Part shown: piece after piece, positions 37,145 through 46,147 of the stretch
Layout of the letters: every line of letters starts with the position of its first letter
Numbering within the stretch: position 1 is the first letter of the stretch
Source: Pseudomonadota bacterium
GTDB lineage: Bacteria > Pseudomonadota > Alphaproteobacteria > Rhizobiales > JACESI01
Direction of reading: 5' to 3'
Assembly: GCA_039181265.1 (NCBI GenBank)
Contig: JBCDCU010000001.1
Coordinates: 4,134 to 68,133, forward strand
DNA length: 64,000 bases
Notes under the pieces: generated by a model
The model's input: only the letters and a program-made list of their open reading frames with translations
What the model was told of the DNA's origin: nothing
Database searches by the model: none
Made by a program: the position numbers and the translations under genes

Positions 37145-37980
37145 TGGATCACCTCCAGGACTTCAAGAAGCCGTTTCCCGCTGTCGGCCAGATCCTCAGA
37201 CGCTGCAATCGCGACTTCCGGGATTTCGCAAACCTCATAGGTATCAAGGATCAGCGTATCCATTGAGTTGAAGAACTGAACCCGCCAAACATAGGGGACA
37301 GCCGTTGCGGCAACGCGGCAATTGCCGTATCCGCGCGACAGGATTTCGACCGATCCCTTGCCGAGCGTCAGATCGAGCCACTCAAGATCCTGTTCAGTAT
37401 GCGGCAACAACGATAAATTGACCGTATGCATTTCGGCTTTCGGATCGAAGTTTTCAGACCGGTCGAACAATTCGACGACGATGGACGGCGCATTCACAAC
37501 GCCCGGTAATGTTTCCGCCGAGGGGCCGGCAGGCTCATTTCGCACGTCAACCGCGCGCTTTAAGGCGAGTTCCGGCACGGGGCCGACTTCGATGACATCA
37601 CGGTCCGCCGCACTCATAACCCAGACGCCGGCGAATACGCTTTCCTGAACAGCAACAGCAGGAATGCCATGAAGGCGCATTGCGACTTCGCCTTCCCCCA
37701 TCGTCTCTGCGATCAGTTTGCGGTTTGCCTCGTCAAGATGCGACAGATCGAATTGCCGATTGCCGCCCTCAGGGTCTCCGGCAGCCTCCGCGATCTCGCG
37801 GAGAAGGGCTAAAGCCGGATTGAGCGATGCATCAATTTCGACGTCAGGAATTTGCGCCTGGAATGTGCGCATATCCTGGGGCATCGGCATATATTCAAGT
37901 TCGCCGCCTTCCACGTCTGACGGCTGGGAACCGGGTCCAAATCCTGCCGGTGGTAAACCAAAATGACCAACCATGTTCAC
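37141..37980 (-). CDS. hupH: HupH/HyaF family hydrogenase expression protein
   Basis: 279 aa at the hupH position, overlapping hupJ by 4 nt. The call rests on family resemblance from memory plus synteny. Confidence 0.75.
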   Translation of the reverse strand: MNMVGHFGLPPAGFGPGSQPSDVEGGELEYMPMPQDMRTFQAQIPDVEIDASLNPALALLREIAEAAGDPEGGNRQFDLSHLDEANRKLIAETMGEGEVAMRLHGIPAVAVQESVFAGVWVMSAADRDVIEVGPVPELALKRAVDVRNEPAGPSAETLPGVVNAPSIVVELFDRSENFDPKAEMHTVNLSLLPHTEQDLEWLDLTLGKGSVEILSRGYGNCRVAATAVPYVWRVQFFNSMDTLILDTYEVCEIPEVAIAASEDLADSGKRLLEVLEVIQ

Positions 37981-37986
37981 TCCTCC

Positions 37987-38373
37987 CTATTCTGCTGCTT
38001 CGCACGGCTGAGCAAGGATGTGAGTGATCCGTGCCATGTACTCATCCCAATCCCGGACTTTCGGAATCCCGACCTGAAACGCGCCGCTTCTGAAGAAGAT
38101 AATCGACGGGGTTTTCAGAACGCCTGTGTCCTCCCGCAAGCGGGTCTCGATCTCATTTCCAGCGATCGCGCAGTCAAACTTGCGCTGAAACGCCATCCTG
38201 AGTTCGGGAAGAATGATTGCGACGTCCGCCGATTCCAGGTTGCGTGCCGGGTCTCCCGGAACGAAGACAGCGTGCCATCCAGGGCGCTCTGTGAAGGCGG
38301 TCAACGCCTCTTCATCAGCGAGCAACGGCCAGCCGAGTTCGTCATTCAATCGTGTAATAAGTGGGTGATTCAT
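37987..38373 (-). CDS. hupG: HupG/HyaE family (thioredoxin-like) hydrogenase chaperone
   Basis: 128 aa at the position between hupF and hupH. Confidence 0.72.
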   Translation of the reverse strand: MNHPLITRLNDELGWPLLADEEALTAFTERPGWHAVFVPGDPARNLESADVAIILPELRMAFQRKFDCAIAGNEIETRLREDTGVLKTPSIIFFRSGAFQVGIPKVRDWDEYMARITHILAQPCEAAE

Positions 38374-38690
38374 CCTTTGATTTCTCCCTTTTCAAAGGCT
38401 GCCTGAAGATGGGGCGGCAGTTGGGGTGGACGGCTCTCAAGATCCGCGAAGGCATCGCCGAGTTCGCCGCCGCCCATCAGCGACCGCAAACCATCAAGGG
38501 CGGATTTGATCTTGATCGCCTCATCTTCACCGACGACTTCCCGCGCCGCGCCGAGAAATGTGAGAACCCAGGTACCGGGTTCAAGCGGGCCGGTCAGCGA
38601 GAGATCAATGACTTCGACATCGTCGCCATTCATCGCCTCGGCAATCACGCCGTTACTGGCAAGAATCTGCATTGGAATTCCGACACACAT
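38370..38690 (-). CDS. hupF: HupF, HypC-like chaperone specific for the large subunit
   Basis: MCVGIPMQI N-terminus, 106 aa. Confidence 0.85.
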   Translation of the reverse strand: MCVGIPMQILASNGVIAEAMNGDDVEVIDLSLTGPLEPGTWVLTFLGAAREVVGEDEAIKIKSALDGLRSLMGGGELGDAFADLESRPPQLPPHLQAAFEKGEIKG

Positions 38691-38693
38691 GGC

Positions 38694-39302
38694 TCACGCC
38701 TCGGCCGGAAAGAAGCGCTCATCACCGATGCGGCAAGCTTCCTGTGCGCTGGGACGCCCGTTTTCATAGGCGCTGCGCTTGATGGAAGGATCTGCCAGAA
38801 GGCTGTGGTCGCCCTGCCCCGGTGTCGCTTCGAATCCCCATTCGGCCATGCGGGCCAATGCAATCTCGACGGCAGGATCGATCTGGTTTGCGACGACGTC
38901 GCGCAGGCCGCCGCCATAATCTTCGAGTTCCTCAGGCTGGCAACCGATCAGGAGGAGCGTTTCCGGGCAATATCCCATGAGTTGCGAAGTCGCGATGACG
39001 TCCTGAAAACCCGTCTGATGCAGACTCATTTTCTTGACGCCCATAAACTGCGGGACGTCCTCGTTCTCGACCACCTTCAAGGTGCCGGGCTCAAGACCAT
39101 AGTCAATCGCATCGAAGACGACGAGGATATCAGCTTCTTCCATGAAGGGGAGCAGATAGAGGCCCTGCGTGCCTCCGTCGAGGAGCCGGACGGTGTCATC
39201 GAACTGCCAGTTTTCGGCCAGACGTTCAACACACCGGACCCCAAAGCCTTCATCGGCCCATAGGACGTTTCCGATTCCCAAAACAAGCAGTCGTGTTGCC
39301 AT
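38694..39302 (-). CDS. hupD: Hydrogenase maturation endopeptidase HupD/HyaD
   Basis: LLVLGIGNVLWADEGFGVRCVERL and FDAIDYGLEPGTL are typical of the HyaD/HybD protease family. Confidence 0.92.
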   Translation of the reverse strand: MATRLLVLGIGNVLWADEGFGVRCVERLAENWQFDDTVRLLDGGTQGLYLLPFMEEADILVVFDAIDYGLEPGTLKVVENEDVPQFMGVKKMSLHQTGFQDVIATSQLMGYCPETLLLIGCQPEELEDYGGGLRDVVANQIDPAVEIALARMAEWGFEATPGQGDHSLLADPSIKRSAYENGRPSAQEACRIGDERFFPAEA

Positions 39303-39524
39303 TTTCTCCCCCCCGAGAGCCAGTCGGCCTGAATGTTTGCTTGCCAGTTTTTGAAATAACCAGCAGCTAACTTTCTACTTCGGGCGAAGAAGATGAATTT
39401 GATTTGTCTCAAATCAAAATTTATCGTTGTTTTTCAGAAAATTACACGAAGAATGATTAATTATTAGGCAATAAAGATGGAAAGCAAGTAACCACGTCTT
39501 ATGAGTAATACTTACGTCTAACGC

Positions 39525-39555
39525 AAAAAAGCGGACACCTTGGCGTCCGCTTTTT
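39525..39555 (-). terminator. Rho-independent (bidirectional-looking) terminator after hupC
   Basis: A6-GCGGAC-N8-GTCCGC-T5. On the minus strand the hairpin is followed by T6, beginning 27 nt after the hupC stop. Confidence 0.7.
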
Positions 39556-39581
39556 CATTTTTATTACTTACACAAGAATAC

Positions 39582-40322
39582 TTAGTCTGGACGGTCATCC
39601 TTAAATGTTCGGTGACCCGAAATCATCGTCGAGACAATAGACTGGCGGCTCATGATATCTTCACGGATCGCCACATAGATATGAACGATCATGAAAACAA
39701 CGATCCACCACATGCCCAGATGATGCAGCGTGTGAAGGATTTGCGGATTGTTTCCAGTGAGCGTGAACACCCATCCGAAGAGCGCGTAGAGCGTGCTATC
39801 CGTGCCTTGGCCTTCCGCATAAAGCGCCATGCCTGAGATGATCATAAAGCTGATCCCGATGGTGATGAAGAAGAACATCGCCAACTGGGCAAGCGGGTTG
39901 TGGCCGACATATTTTTTCGGCTCACTGGACATGAACAGATACCATTTGACCTCATGCAAAACCTCTGCCCAGTAATCCCCCCGCCAGAACGGGAAGTAGA
40001 ACAATTGCCGTGCATGGTGGTTTCCAGCGAAAGCCCAGTAGATCCTTCCAAGGAAACCGATCGTCAAAATCCAACCGGCCGCGAAATGAGCAAACCGGAT
40101 GTAGCCGAACACAAATTGGTCCGTCGCTTCACCGATCTGCATGGAAGGAAGCGGTGAGCCGATAAAATAGCCGGTTACGCACAAGACCAGGATCGCTGCC
40201 GCATTGACCCAGTGCCATATGCGAAGCGGGGCCTCATAGACATAAACCTGAGTCTGGCGTGACGAATGCGCGATATCATCGGGATCCGCATCCGTTCCTG
40301 CAAGAGGAGAAATATCCCTCAT
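39582..40322 (-). CDS. hupC: [NiFe]-hydrogenase b-type cytochrome subunit HupC/HyaC
   Basis: 246 aa with 4 TM segments; RIWHWVNA and HxxxMW motifs typical of HyaC. Confidence 0.92.
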   Translation of the reverse strand: MRDISPLAGTDADPDDIAHSSRQTQVYVYEAPLRIWHWVNAAAILVLCVTGYFIGSPLPSMQIGEATDQFVFGYIRFAHFAAGWILTIGFLGRIYWAFAGNHHARQLFYFPFWRGDYWAEVLHEVKWYLFMSSEPKKYVGHNPLAQLAMFFFITIGISFMIISGMALYAEGQGTDSTLYALFGWVFTLTGNNPQILHTLHHLGMWWIVVFMIVHIYVAIREDIMSRQSIVSTMISGHRTFKDDRPD

Positions 40323-40543
40323 TGTTTCATCCTCCCTTTGTTATGGTCACGGGAGGAGCGCATCCACGAAACAAGACCGCCGACCGCAAAGGCACCCGCA
40401 AGAAAGACAACAACCAGTAGGGCAAGATGATCGGCCTGGGTGACCCAGTGCATGACGCCTTCGTGGTGGGCAGCCTCGTGTCCGGGATGCGCCGATGCAG
40501 TTCCGGAGCTGAGGACCAGCGCAGTGAAAAGCGTTTTTTTCAT
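40319..40543 (-). CDS. 74-aa exported His-rich single-TM protein (HupE N-terminus-like), translationally coupled to hupC
   Basis: Signal peptide MKKTLFTALVLSSGTASA, then HPGHEAAHHEGVMHWVTQADHLALLVVVFLAGAFAVGG. Its stop overlaps the hupC start as ATGA, and its start is 10 nt after the hupL stop. Confidence 0.6.
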   Translation of the reverse strand: MKKTLFTALVLSSGTASAHPGHEAAHHEGVMHWVTQADHLALLVVVFLAGAFAVGGLVSWMRSSRDHNKGRMKQ

Positions 40544-40553
40544 TGTCTCCTCC

Positions 40554-42350
40554 TTAGCGCACTTTGACGCGCGTCAGTTCCTCGCCATCAGGCGACATGA
40601 CGTGTGTGGAACAGGCAAGGCACGGGTCGAAACTATGAAGCGTCCGAAGAATCTCGACCGGCTCGTCGGGCCGCTCCATCTTCGTATTCATCAGGCTTGC
40701 TTCAAACGCACCGATGTTACCGGCCACATCGCGAGGAGAGCCGTTCCAGGTTGTCGGGACAACGCATTGGTAGTTGTCAATGCGGCCGTCCTTGACCTTG
40801 ATCCAGTGACCAAGAGCGCCACGAGGAGCCTCGGTCATACCGACACCCTTGGCCTCTTTCGGCCAGGATGACGGATCCCATTTCTCGATGTTGGCTGTGC
40901 TCTCGTCGCCATTCTTGATGTTGGTCACGAGCTTGTTGAAGAAGTACTTCTGCAAGCGTGCACAATATTCGGATTCGAGCGCACGGGCAGCGGTTCGGCC
41001 GAGGGTTGAGAACAGCGCCGAAACCGGCAGATCCATGGTGCGAAGGAGCCCCTCAACCTGGTTCTTGATGTCCTCATGGCCGGACGCATAACCAATGATG
41101 TAGCGAGCGAGCGGCCCGACTTCCATCGCATGGCCTTTCCAGCGTGGAGCCTTGATCCATGAGTATTTTGCGGCCTCATCGAGTTCCTCGATATTGGTCC
41201 GGGTTCCCTTTGCGTTGGGGCCAAGCACGTAATTCGGATCGGTGACACCATCCCAGGGATGAAGACCTTTGCCCGGCTCGCCGTACTCATACCAGGAGTG
41301 ATCGACGAATTCCTGGACCTGTTCCGAATCGCGCGGATCAACTTCATGGACCTCATTGAGGTTTCCGTTGATGATGGCGCCACGCGGCAGGTGCAACTGC
41401 CCCGCTGAGAAGTCATTGGCGTGTTCAGGAATATCACCATAGGCGAGGACCGACTTGCCGGATAGACCGCCACCATAAAGCCAGTCTTTATAAAAGCCGC
41501 CGATCGCGACGAGGTCCGGAATATAGACGTTGTTCACGAACTCGGTGCAAATATCGATGATCGAGCTCACATGATTGAGCACAGTCATGTTGATGGCGCC
41601 AACCCCACCGGTTGAGTGGACGTTAATCGGGCATGGCACCCCACCCACGAGCCAGTTCGGATGCGGGTTTTTGCCGCCGAAGATCGTATGGATCTTGACG
41701 ATCTCTTTTTGGAGATCCAACGCTTCGAGATAGTGCGTTGTCGCCATGAGATCGGCTTCCGGCGGAAGCTTGTATGCCGGGTTATCCCAGTAGCCGTTCT
41801 TGAAGGGCCCTAATTGTCCGGATTCAACAAAACTCTTGAGCCGGTTTTGAACGTCCCGGAAATACCCAGGCGATGACAGCGGATGTCTCGGCGACACACT
41901 TTGCTGCAATTCGCTGGTCGCTTTCGGATCGGCACGCAGTGCATTCACCGGATTGACCCAGTCGAGCGCATGAAGGTGATAGAAATGGACGACGTGATCG
42001 TGGATCTGCAGGTTGAGCTGCATGATATTCCGGATCGAGTTAGCATTGTCCGGGATCATAATTCCGAGCGCGTCTTCAACCGCGCGCACAGAAGTAAGGG
42101 CGTGGGTTCCGGTACACACACCGCAGATCCGTTCCGTAAAGGCCCAGGCATCGCGCGGATCGCGGCCTTTGAGGATCACTTCCAATCCCCGCCACATCGT
42201 GCCGGTCGAAACGGCGTTGCGAATGACGCCTTCGTCGTCGACATTCACCTCACACCGCATATGACCTTCGATACGGGTGACAGGGTCAACAACAATCCGG
42301 CGACCTGACTTATCAAGATCAAAGCCGTTTGGAGTAGGAGTAATTGTCAT
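40554..42350 (-). CDS. hupL: Uptake [NiFe]-hydrogenase large subunit
   Basis: RIEGH, the N-terminal [12 protein letters not shown], and the C-terminal [10 protein letters not shown] plus a cleavable extension. Confidence 0.97.
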   Translation of the reverse strand: MTITPTPNGFDLDKSGRRIVVDPVTRIEGHMRCEVNVDDEGVIRNAVSTGTMWRGLEVILKGRDPRDAWAFTERICGVCTGTHALTSVRAVEDALGIMIPDNANSIRNIMQLNLQIHDHVVHFYHLHALDWVNPVNALRADPKATSELQQSVSPRHPLSSPGYFRDVQNRLKSFVESGQLGPFKNGYWDNPAYKLPPEADLMATTHYLEALDLQKEIVKIHTIFGGKNPHPNWLVGGVPCPINVHSTGGVGAINMTVLNHVSSIIDICTEFVNNVYIPDLVAIGGFYKDWLYGGGLSGKSVLAYGDIPEHANDFSAGQLHLPRGAIINGNLNEVHEVDPRDSEQVQEFVDHSWYEYGEPGKGLHPWDGVTDPNYVLGPNAKGTRTNIEELDEAAKYSWIKAPRWKGHAMEVGPLARYIIGYASGHEDIKNQVEGLLRTMDLPVSALFSTLGRTAARALESEYCARLQKYFFNKLVTNIKNGDESTANIEKWDPSSWPKEAKGVGMTEAPRGALGHWIKVKDGRIDNYQCVVPTTWNGSPRDVAGNIGAFEASLMNTKMERPDEPVEILRTLHSFDPCLACSTHVMSPDGEELTRVKVR

Positions 42351-42353
42351 GGC

Positions 42354-43478
42354 CTATGCCTCCTCTTTGCTCTGCGAGGACTGCGCTTTGCTCTGCGCGG
42401 ATTTCAACGCCGAGACTGCAGCGTGAATGGCCGCGGCACCGCCGACGACACCAGCTGCGGCCATGCCGACCTGGTCGGCATTCGCTTCAACGCCGAATTG
42501 AGTCAGATCGGTGACGCGGTTGTAGAAGCTGCCCTGATCCCAGAAACCATCTTCAGAACACCCGATACAGCCGTGGCCTGCCTGGATCGGGAACGACGTC
42601 CCGGAGTTCCAGCGGATGGTCGAGCAGGCATTGTAAGTGGTCGGGCCCTTACAGCCCATTTTGTAGAGGCAGTACCCTTTACGGGCGTTGTCATCATCCC
42701 AGGCTTCGACAAACTGACCGGCATCGAAGTGCGGACGGCGATAGCATTTGTCGTGAATACGCTGGCCGTAGAACATCGCCGGACGCCCCTGGCGGTCAAG
42801 CTCGGGAAGGCGGTCGAAGGTCAGCATATAGGTAATGACGCCGGTCATCACTTCTGCAATCGGCGGGCAGCCCGGCACCTTGATGATCGGTTTATCGGTA
42901 ATCACCTTATGAACCGGCGTGGCCTGGGTCGGGTTTGGCTTCGCTGCCTGAACACAACCGTATGATGCACAAGCACCCCAGGCGATCACCGCCTTGGCGT
43001 CCTTCGCAGCGTGGCGTAATTGTTCAACGAAGGGTTTTCCGCCGACAATGCAGAACATACCATCTTCGTTAAGCGGCGGGTTGCCCTCAACGGCGAGGAT
43101 GTAATTGCCTTTGTACTTCTCGATCGTCTCTTCAAGAGCGGCTTCCGCGGCATGGCCTGCGGCTGCCATCAGCGTGTGTTGATAATCAAGACTGATCATC
43201 GACAACACGACGTCTTTTGCGAGCGGGTGGGCACCACGGATGAAGCTCTCACTGCAGCAGGTGCATTCAAGTCCATTGACCCAGATGACTGGCGTGCGTG
43301 GCTTGGTTTCCATCGCGTGGGCAATCTTTGGCACCATTGCCGGGCTCAGGCCCAGCGCAGCTGCTGTCAAAGAACAATATTTCATGAGACTGCGCCGGGT
43401 AATTCCCTGGCGCCGCATCACGTCATAGAAGGTTTCGATCTGGCTCAAAGCATGCCCTCCATCATGACCGGGTTCCAT
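42354..43478 (-). CDS. hupS: Uptake [NiFe]-hydrogenase small subunit (Tat-exported)
   Basis: [30 protein letters not shown] is a Tat signal, followed by Fe-S cluster Cys motifs. The start is ambiguous: ATG 43478, or TTG 43448 with GGAGGG 6 nt upstream. Confidence 0.95.
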   Translation of the reverse strand: MEPGHDGGHALSQIETFYDVMRRQGITRRSLMKYCSLTAAALGLSPAMVPKIAHAMETKPRTPVIWVNGLECTCCSESFIRGAHPLAKDVVLSMISLDYQHTLMAAAGHAAEAALEETIEKYKGNYILAVEGNPPLNEDGMFCIVGGKPFVEQLRHAAKDAKAVIAWGACASYGCVQAAKPNPTQATPVHKVITDKPIIKVPGCPPIAEVMTGVITYMLTFDRLPELDRQGRPAMFYGQRIHDKCYRRPHFDAGQFVEAWDDDNARKGYCLYKMGCKGPTTYNACSTIRWNSGTSFPIQAGHGCIGCSEDGFWDQGSFYNRVTDLTQFGVEANADQVGMAAAGVVGGAAAIHAAVSALKSAQSKAQSSQSKEEA

Positions 43479-43557
43479 TCGGGTACAGCAAACACTCCCC
43501 CTCAATTGTAAGGCTAAGGGCGTGGCAATATCGCTTCAAAGGAAAGACGCACATGGA

Positions 43558-43578
43558 TTGCAGAGATTTTTTCTGCAA
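43558..43578. promoter_or_regulatory. Inverted repeat TTGCAGA-N7-TCTGCAA in the hupS upstream region
   Basis: Read directly; 80-130 nt upstream of the candidate hupS starts. Confidence 0.35.
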
Positions 43579-43661
43579 ATATATCAGATGCTTGTAGAGA
43601 ATTCTGGCAATTGCACGCGGTTGTGAACGGCAGGCGAGCAACCGGTTTCCAGCAAGACCGG

Positions 43662-45911
43662 TTAGCTACTTTCCAAGCCTTGCAATGCCCTTGCACCCGC
43701 AATCAGAGCTTGTCCCAATGCGAGGCCGCCGTCATTGGCAGGTGTTTTTGTGTGGATCAAAACCGGGATATCCGCGAGCGATTTTACAGTCTCCCGGAGA
43801 AGCAGAGCGTTCTGAAAACATCCCCCGGAAAGGGCGACGGCTTCAGCCTCGCCATCTTCAATGAGCTTGCGTGCGTGATAGGCGAATGCCCTGGCAAGAC
43901 CCTTGTGGAACTGACCGGAGATCTGGCCTTTTGACAGACCGGAGACGATCCCGGCTTTCACAAAATGGAAGAGCGGATCGGTGTCGATTTCCTGCCCGTC
44001 CCACGCGAACTCGAACTCCGGTTCTCCTGTTGGTTCAGCCAGAGCTTCTAATCGCATCGCAGCCTCGCCTTCAAAACTCTGCGCCATCGGGCAAAGGCCG
44101 AGACAGGCTGCAACAGCATCAAAGAGCCGCCCGGCGCTTGAGGACAGAGGCGAGTTTATAGCCTTGGATGCCGCCTGACGGGCCATCGTCAAAGGTGCAT
44201 CAGGAAAGAGTGCTTCGGACCATTCGCTCAAACCTGCCGCGTCGAGCCGGACGAGCGCATTGCGCCAAGGTTCTGCTTGCGCTCTGTCACCGCCGATGAG
44301 AGGGGCTGGCTTCAACCAGGCTCGACGTTCGAAACCGGTATAATCGCCAAGCAGCACCTCACCACCCCAAACGGTGCCGTCCGGGCCAAGGCCCAAACCG
44401 TCCAGAATAATCCCGGCAACCTTGCCACCATTCATCGGCCACGCATTCTCTCCAAGACAGGAAGCAAGATGCGCATGGTGATGTTGCACCAGTTGTAGGG
44501 AGAGGCCTTGCGCTTCAGCCCTTTCCGATCCATGGCGTGATGCCTGGAAATCAGGATGAAGGTCAATCGCGACAATGTCCGGTTTGTGATCGAAGAGATC
44601 GGCATAATCCGCGTCAGCCTGATAGAAAGCCTCGAGCGTCAAGGCTTCATCCAGTTCGCCGAGATGGTGCCCGAGCAAAGCCTGGCCGTTCTTCACAAGA
44701 CAGATCGCTGCTTTCATTTGCCCGCCATACCCAACGACCTGAGGCGCGTCCTCAAAACCCGGAGGGAGCGGAAGGGTCCCCGGAACACGTCCCCGTGCTC
44801 GACGCAGCACCATAGGACCCTGTGGCGTGACCCGTTCGACGCTGTCATCAAGGCGCCGCGCGATATCGCGGTTGTGCATGACGAAAGCATCGGCAAAGTC
44901 AGAGAGCGTTTCCAAGGCTTCCTGATTGCTGACCGCCAAAGGCTCACCGGAGAGATTTCCGGATGTCATCACCAATGGGCCGCCAAAAGCATCCATAAGC
45001 AGGTGGTGCAGGGGCGTGTAGGGCAGCATCCAACCCAAAGTGTTTTGTCCCGGGGCAACGGTATCGGGCAGTAGAGCATTCGCTTTTTCAAGAAGCACGA
45101 TAGGCGCTGCCGGATCGCTTAAGAGCGCGACTTCTTCGTCCGAAGCGCGCGCATAACGCCCGATAATGTCGAGCGTTCCCATGAGCGCGAAAGGTTTTGC
45201 CGGACGACGCTTGCGCGTTCTCAAGAGGTCAACTGCGTCTTGATTAAGCGCATCGCAAGCAAGATGAAATCCGCCAAGCCCCTTGATTGCAAGGATTTCC
45301 CCCGCACTGAGCCGAGCTGCTGCCTCATCGATCGCATCACCGCCCTTTGATGGTTCGATCCAAAGGCGCGGACCACAAACCGGACAGGCAACCGGCTGAG
45401 CATGAAACCGCCGGTCGCCGGGATCGGCATATTCGGACGCGCAGGCACTGCACATTTCGAAAGGCGCCATGGTGGTCTGCGCGCGATCGTAGGGAAGACC
45501 GCGCAATATCGTGAAGCGCGGCCCGCAATGCGTGCAATTTGCAAACGCATAACGATACCGCCGGTCATTGGGATCGCGGATCTCCGAAAGACAATCGGCG
45601 CATGTTGCCGCATCGGGAGTGACACGGGTCTCGGAGCCCGTTCCTTCCGACTGAACAATCTCGAAAGTCTCAGGGGGCGAAAAGTCAAACGCGTCACTTT
45701 CTATCGCGTCAATGCGCGACAGCGGCGGCGCTTCTTTCCTGATCGCAGTTTCGAAGGCACCGATTTCTTCTCCAGAAACGCGGATCAGCACGCCTTCCGG
45801 GTCATTGAGAACATCGCCTTTCAGCCCGAAGCGCTTGGCAAGTTGCCAAATGAACGGGCGAAAACCAACGCCCTGCACCTGCCCGCGCACCCTGATCCGG
45901 CGGCCCCGCAC
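43662..45911 (-). CDS. hypF: Carbamoyltransferase HypF
   Basis: Acylphosphatase domain VRGQVQGVGFRPF, two CxxC-x18-CxxC zinc fingers, and YrdC-like and Kae1-like domains; 749 aa. Confidence 0.96.
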   Translation of the reverse strand: MRGRRIRVRGQVQGVGFRPFIWQLAKRFGLKGDVLNDPEGVLIRVSGEEIGAFETAIRKEAPPLSRIDAIESDAFDFSPPETFEIVQSEGTGSETRVTPDAATCADCLSEIRDPNDRRYRYAFANCTHCGPRFTILRGLPYDRAQTTMAPFEMCSACASEYADPGDRRFHAQPVACPVCGPRLWIEPSKGGDAIDEAAARLSAGEILAIKGLGGFHLACDALNQDAVDLLRTRKRRPAKPFALMGTLDIIGRYARASDEEVALLSDPAAPIVLLEKANALLPDTVAPGQNTLGWMLPYTPLHHLLMDAFGGPLVMTSGNLSGEPLAVSNQEALETLSDFADAFVMHNRDIARRLDDSVERVTPQGPMVLRRARGRVPGTLPLPPGFEDAPQVVGYGGQMKAAICLVKNGQALLGHHLGELDEALTLEAFYQADADYADLFDHKPDIVAIDLHPDFQASRHGSERAEAQGLSLQLVQHHHAHLASCLGENAWPMNGGKVAGIILDGLGLGPDGTVWGGEVLLGDYTGFERRAWLKPAPLIGGDRAQAEPWRNALVRLDAAGLSEWSEALFPDAPLTMARQAASKAINSPLSSSAGRLFDAVAACLGLCPMAQSFEGEAAMRLEALAEPTGEPEFEFAWDGQEIDTDPLFHFVKAGIVSGLSKGQISGQFHKGLARAFAYHARKLIEDGEAEAVALSGGCFQNALLLRETVKSLADIPVLIHTKTPANDGGLALGQALIAGARALQGLESS

Positions 45912-46093
45912 TAATGCGCCCCAACCGTGTGAGAGGGTATGACCGCAAGCGCGGCAGCACGGAAAAAATCAGGCATTGACGTCAATCGCTTCCATTTCAA
46001 GGAAAGCCTAGCAGATGGAATCATGTCACGGAACCGGCGGGAAAAGACCCAACGGTTGAACAGGCTGTGCCTGCGATCTTGAACACGTCACGT

Positions 46094-46122
46094 GAAAAGA
46101 CCGGCCTTGATTAGGCCGGTCT
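46094..46122 (-). terminator. Rho-independent terminator of the lplT-aas fusion gene
   Basis: AGACCGGCC-N7-GGCCGGTCT (perfect 9-bp stem), followed on the minus strand by TTTT, 26 nt after the stop. Confidence 0.8.
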
Positions 46123-46147
46123 TGTCATTTCCATAGATCGTTCAGGC

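Noticed and set aside
38361-39263. 300-aa plus-strand ORF across hupF/hupD
   Set aside because: It is entirely antisense to two well-supported hup genes. This is typical GC-rich shadow-frame composition.
39567-39576. CTTACACAAG, matching part of the right island repeat flank (30073-30082)
   Set aside because: A 10-nt match is expected by chance in 64 kb on two strands, and it has no partner structure.
43479-43661. Sigma-54 (-24/-12) promoter for hupS, expected from the NtrC-type HupR
   Set aside because: No GG-N10-GC with TGGCAC/TTGC character is present on the minus strand. The TGGCAAT words present are on the wrong strand or have the wrong spacing.
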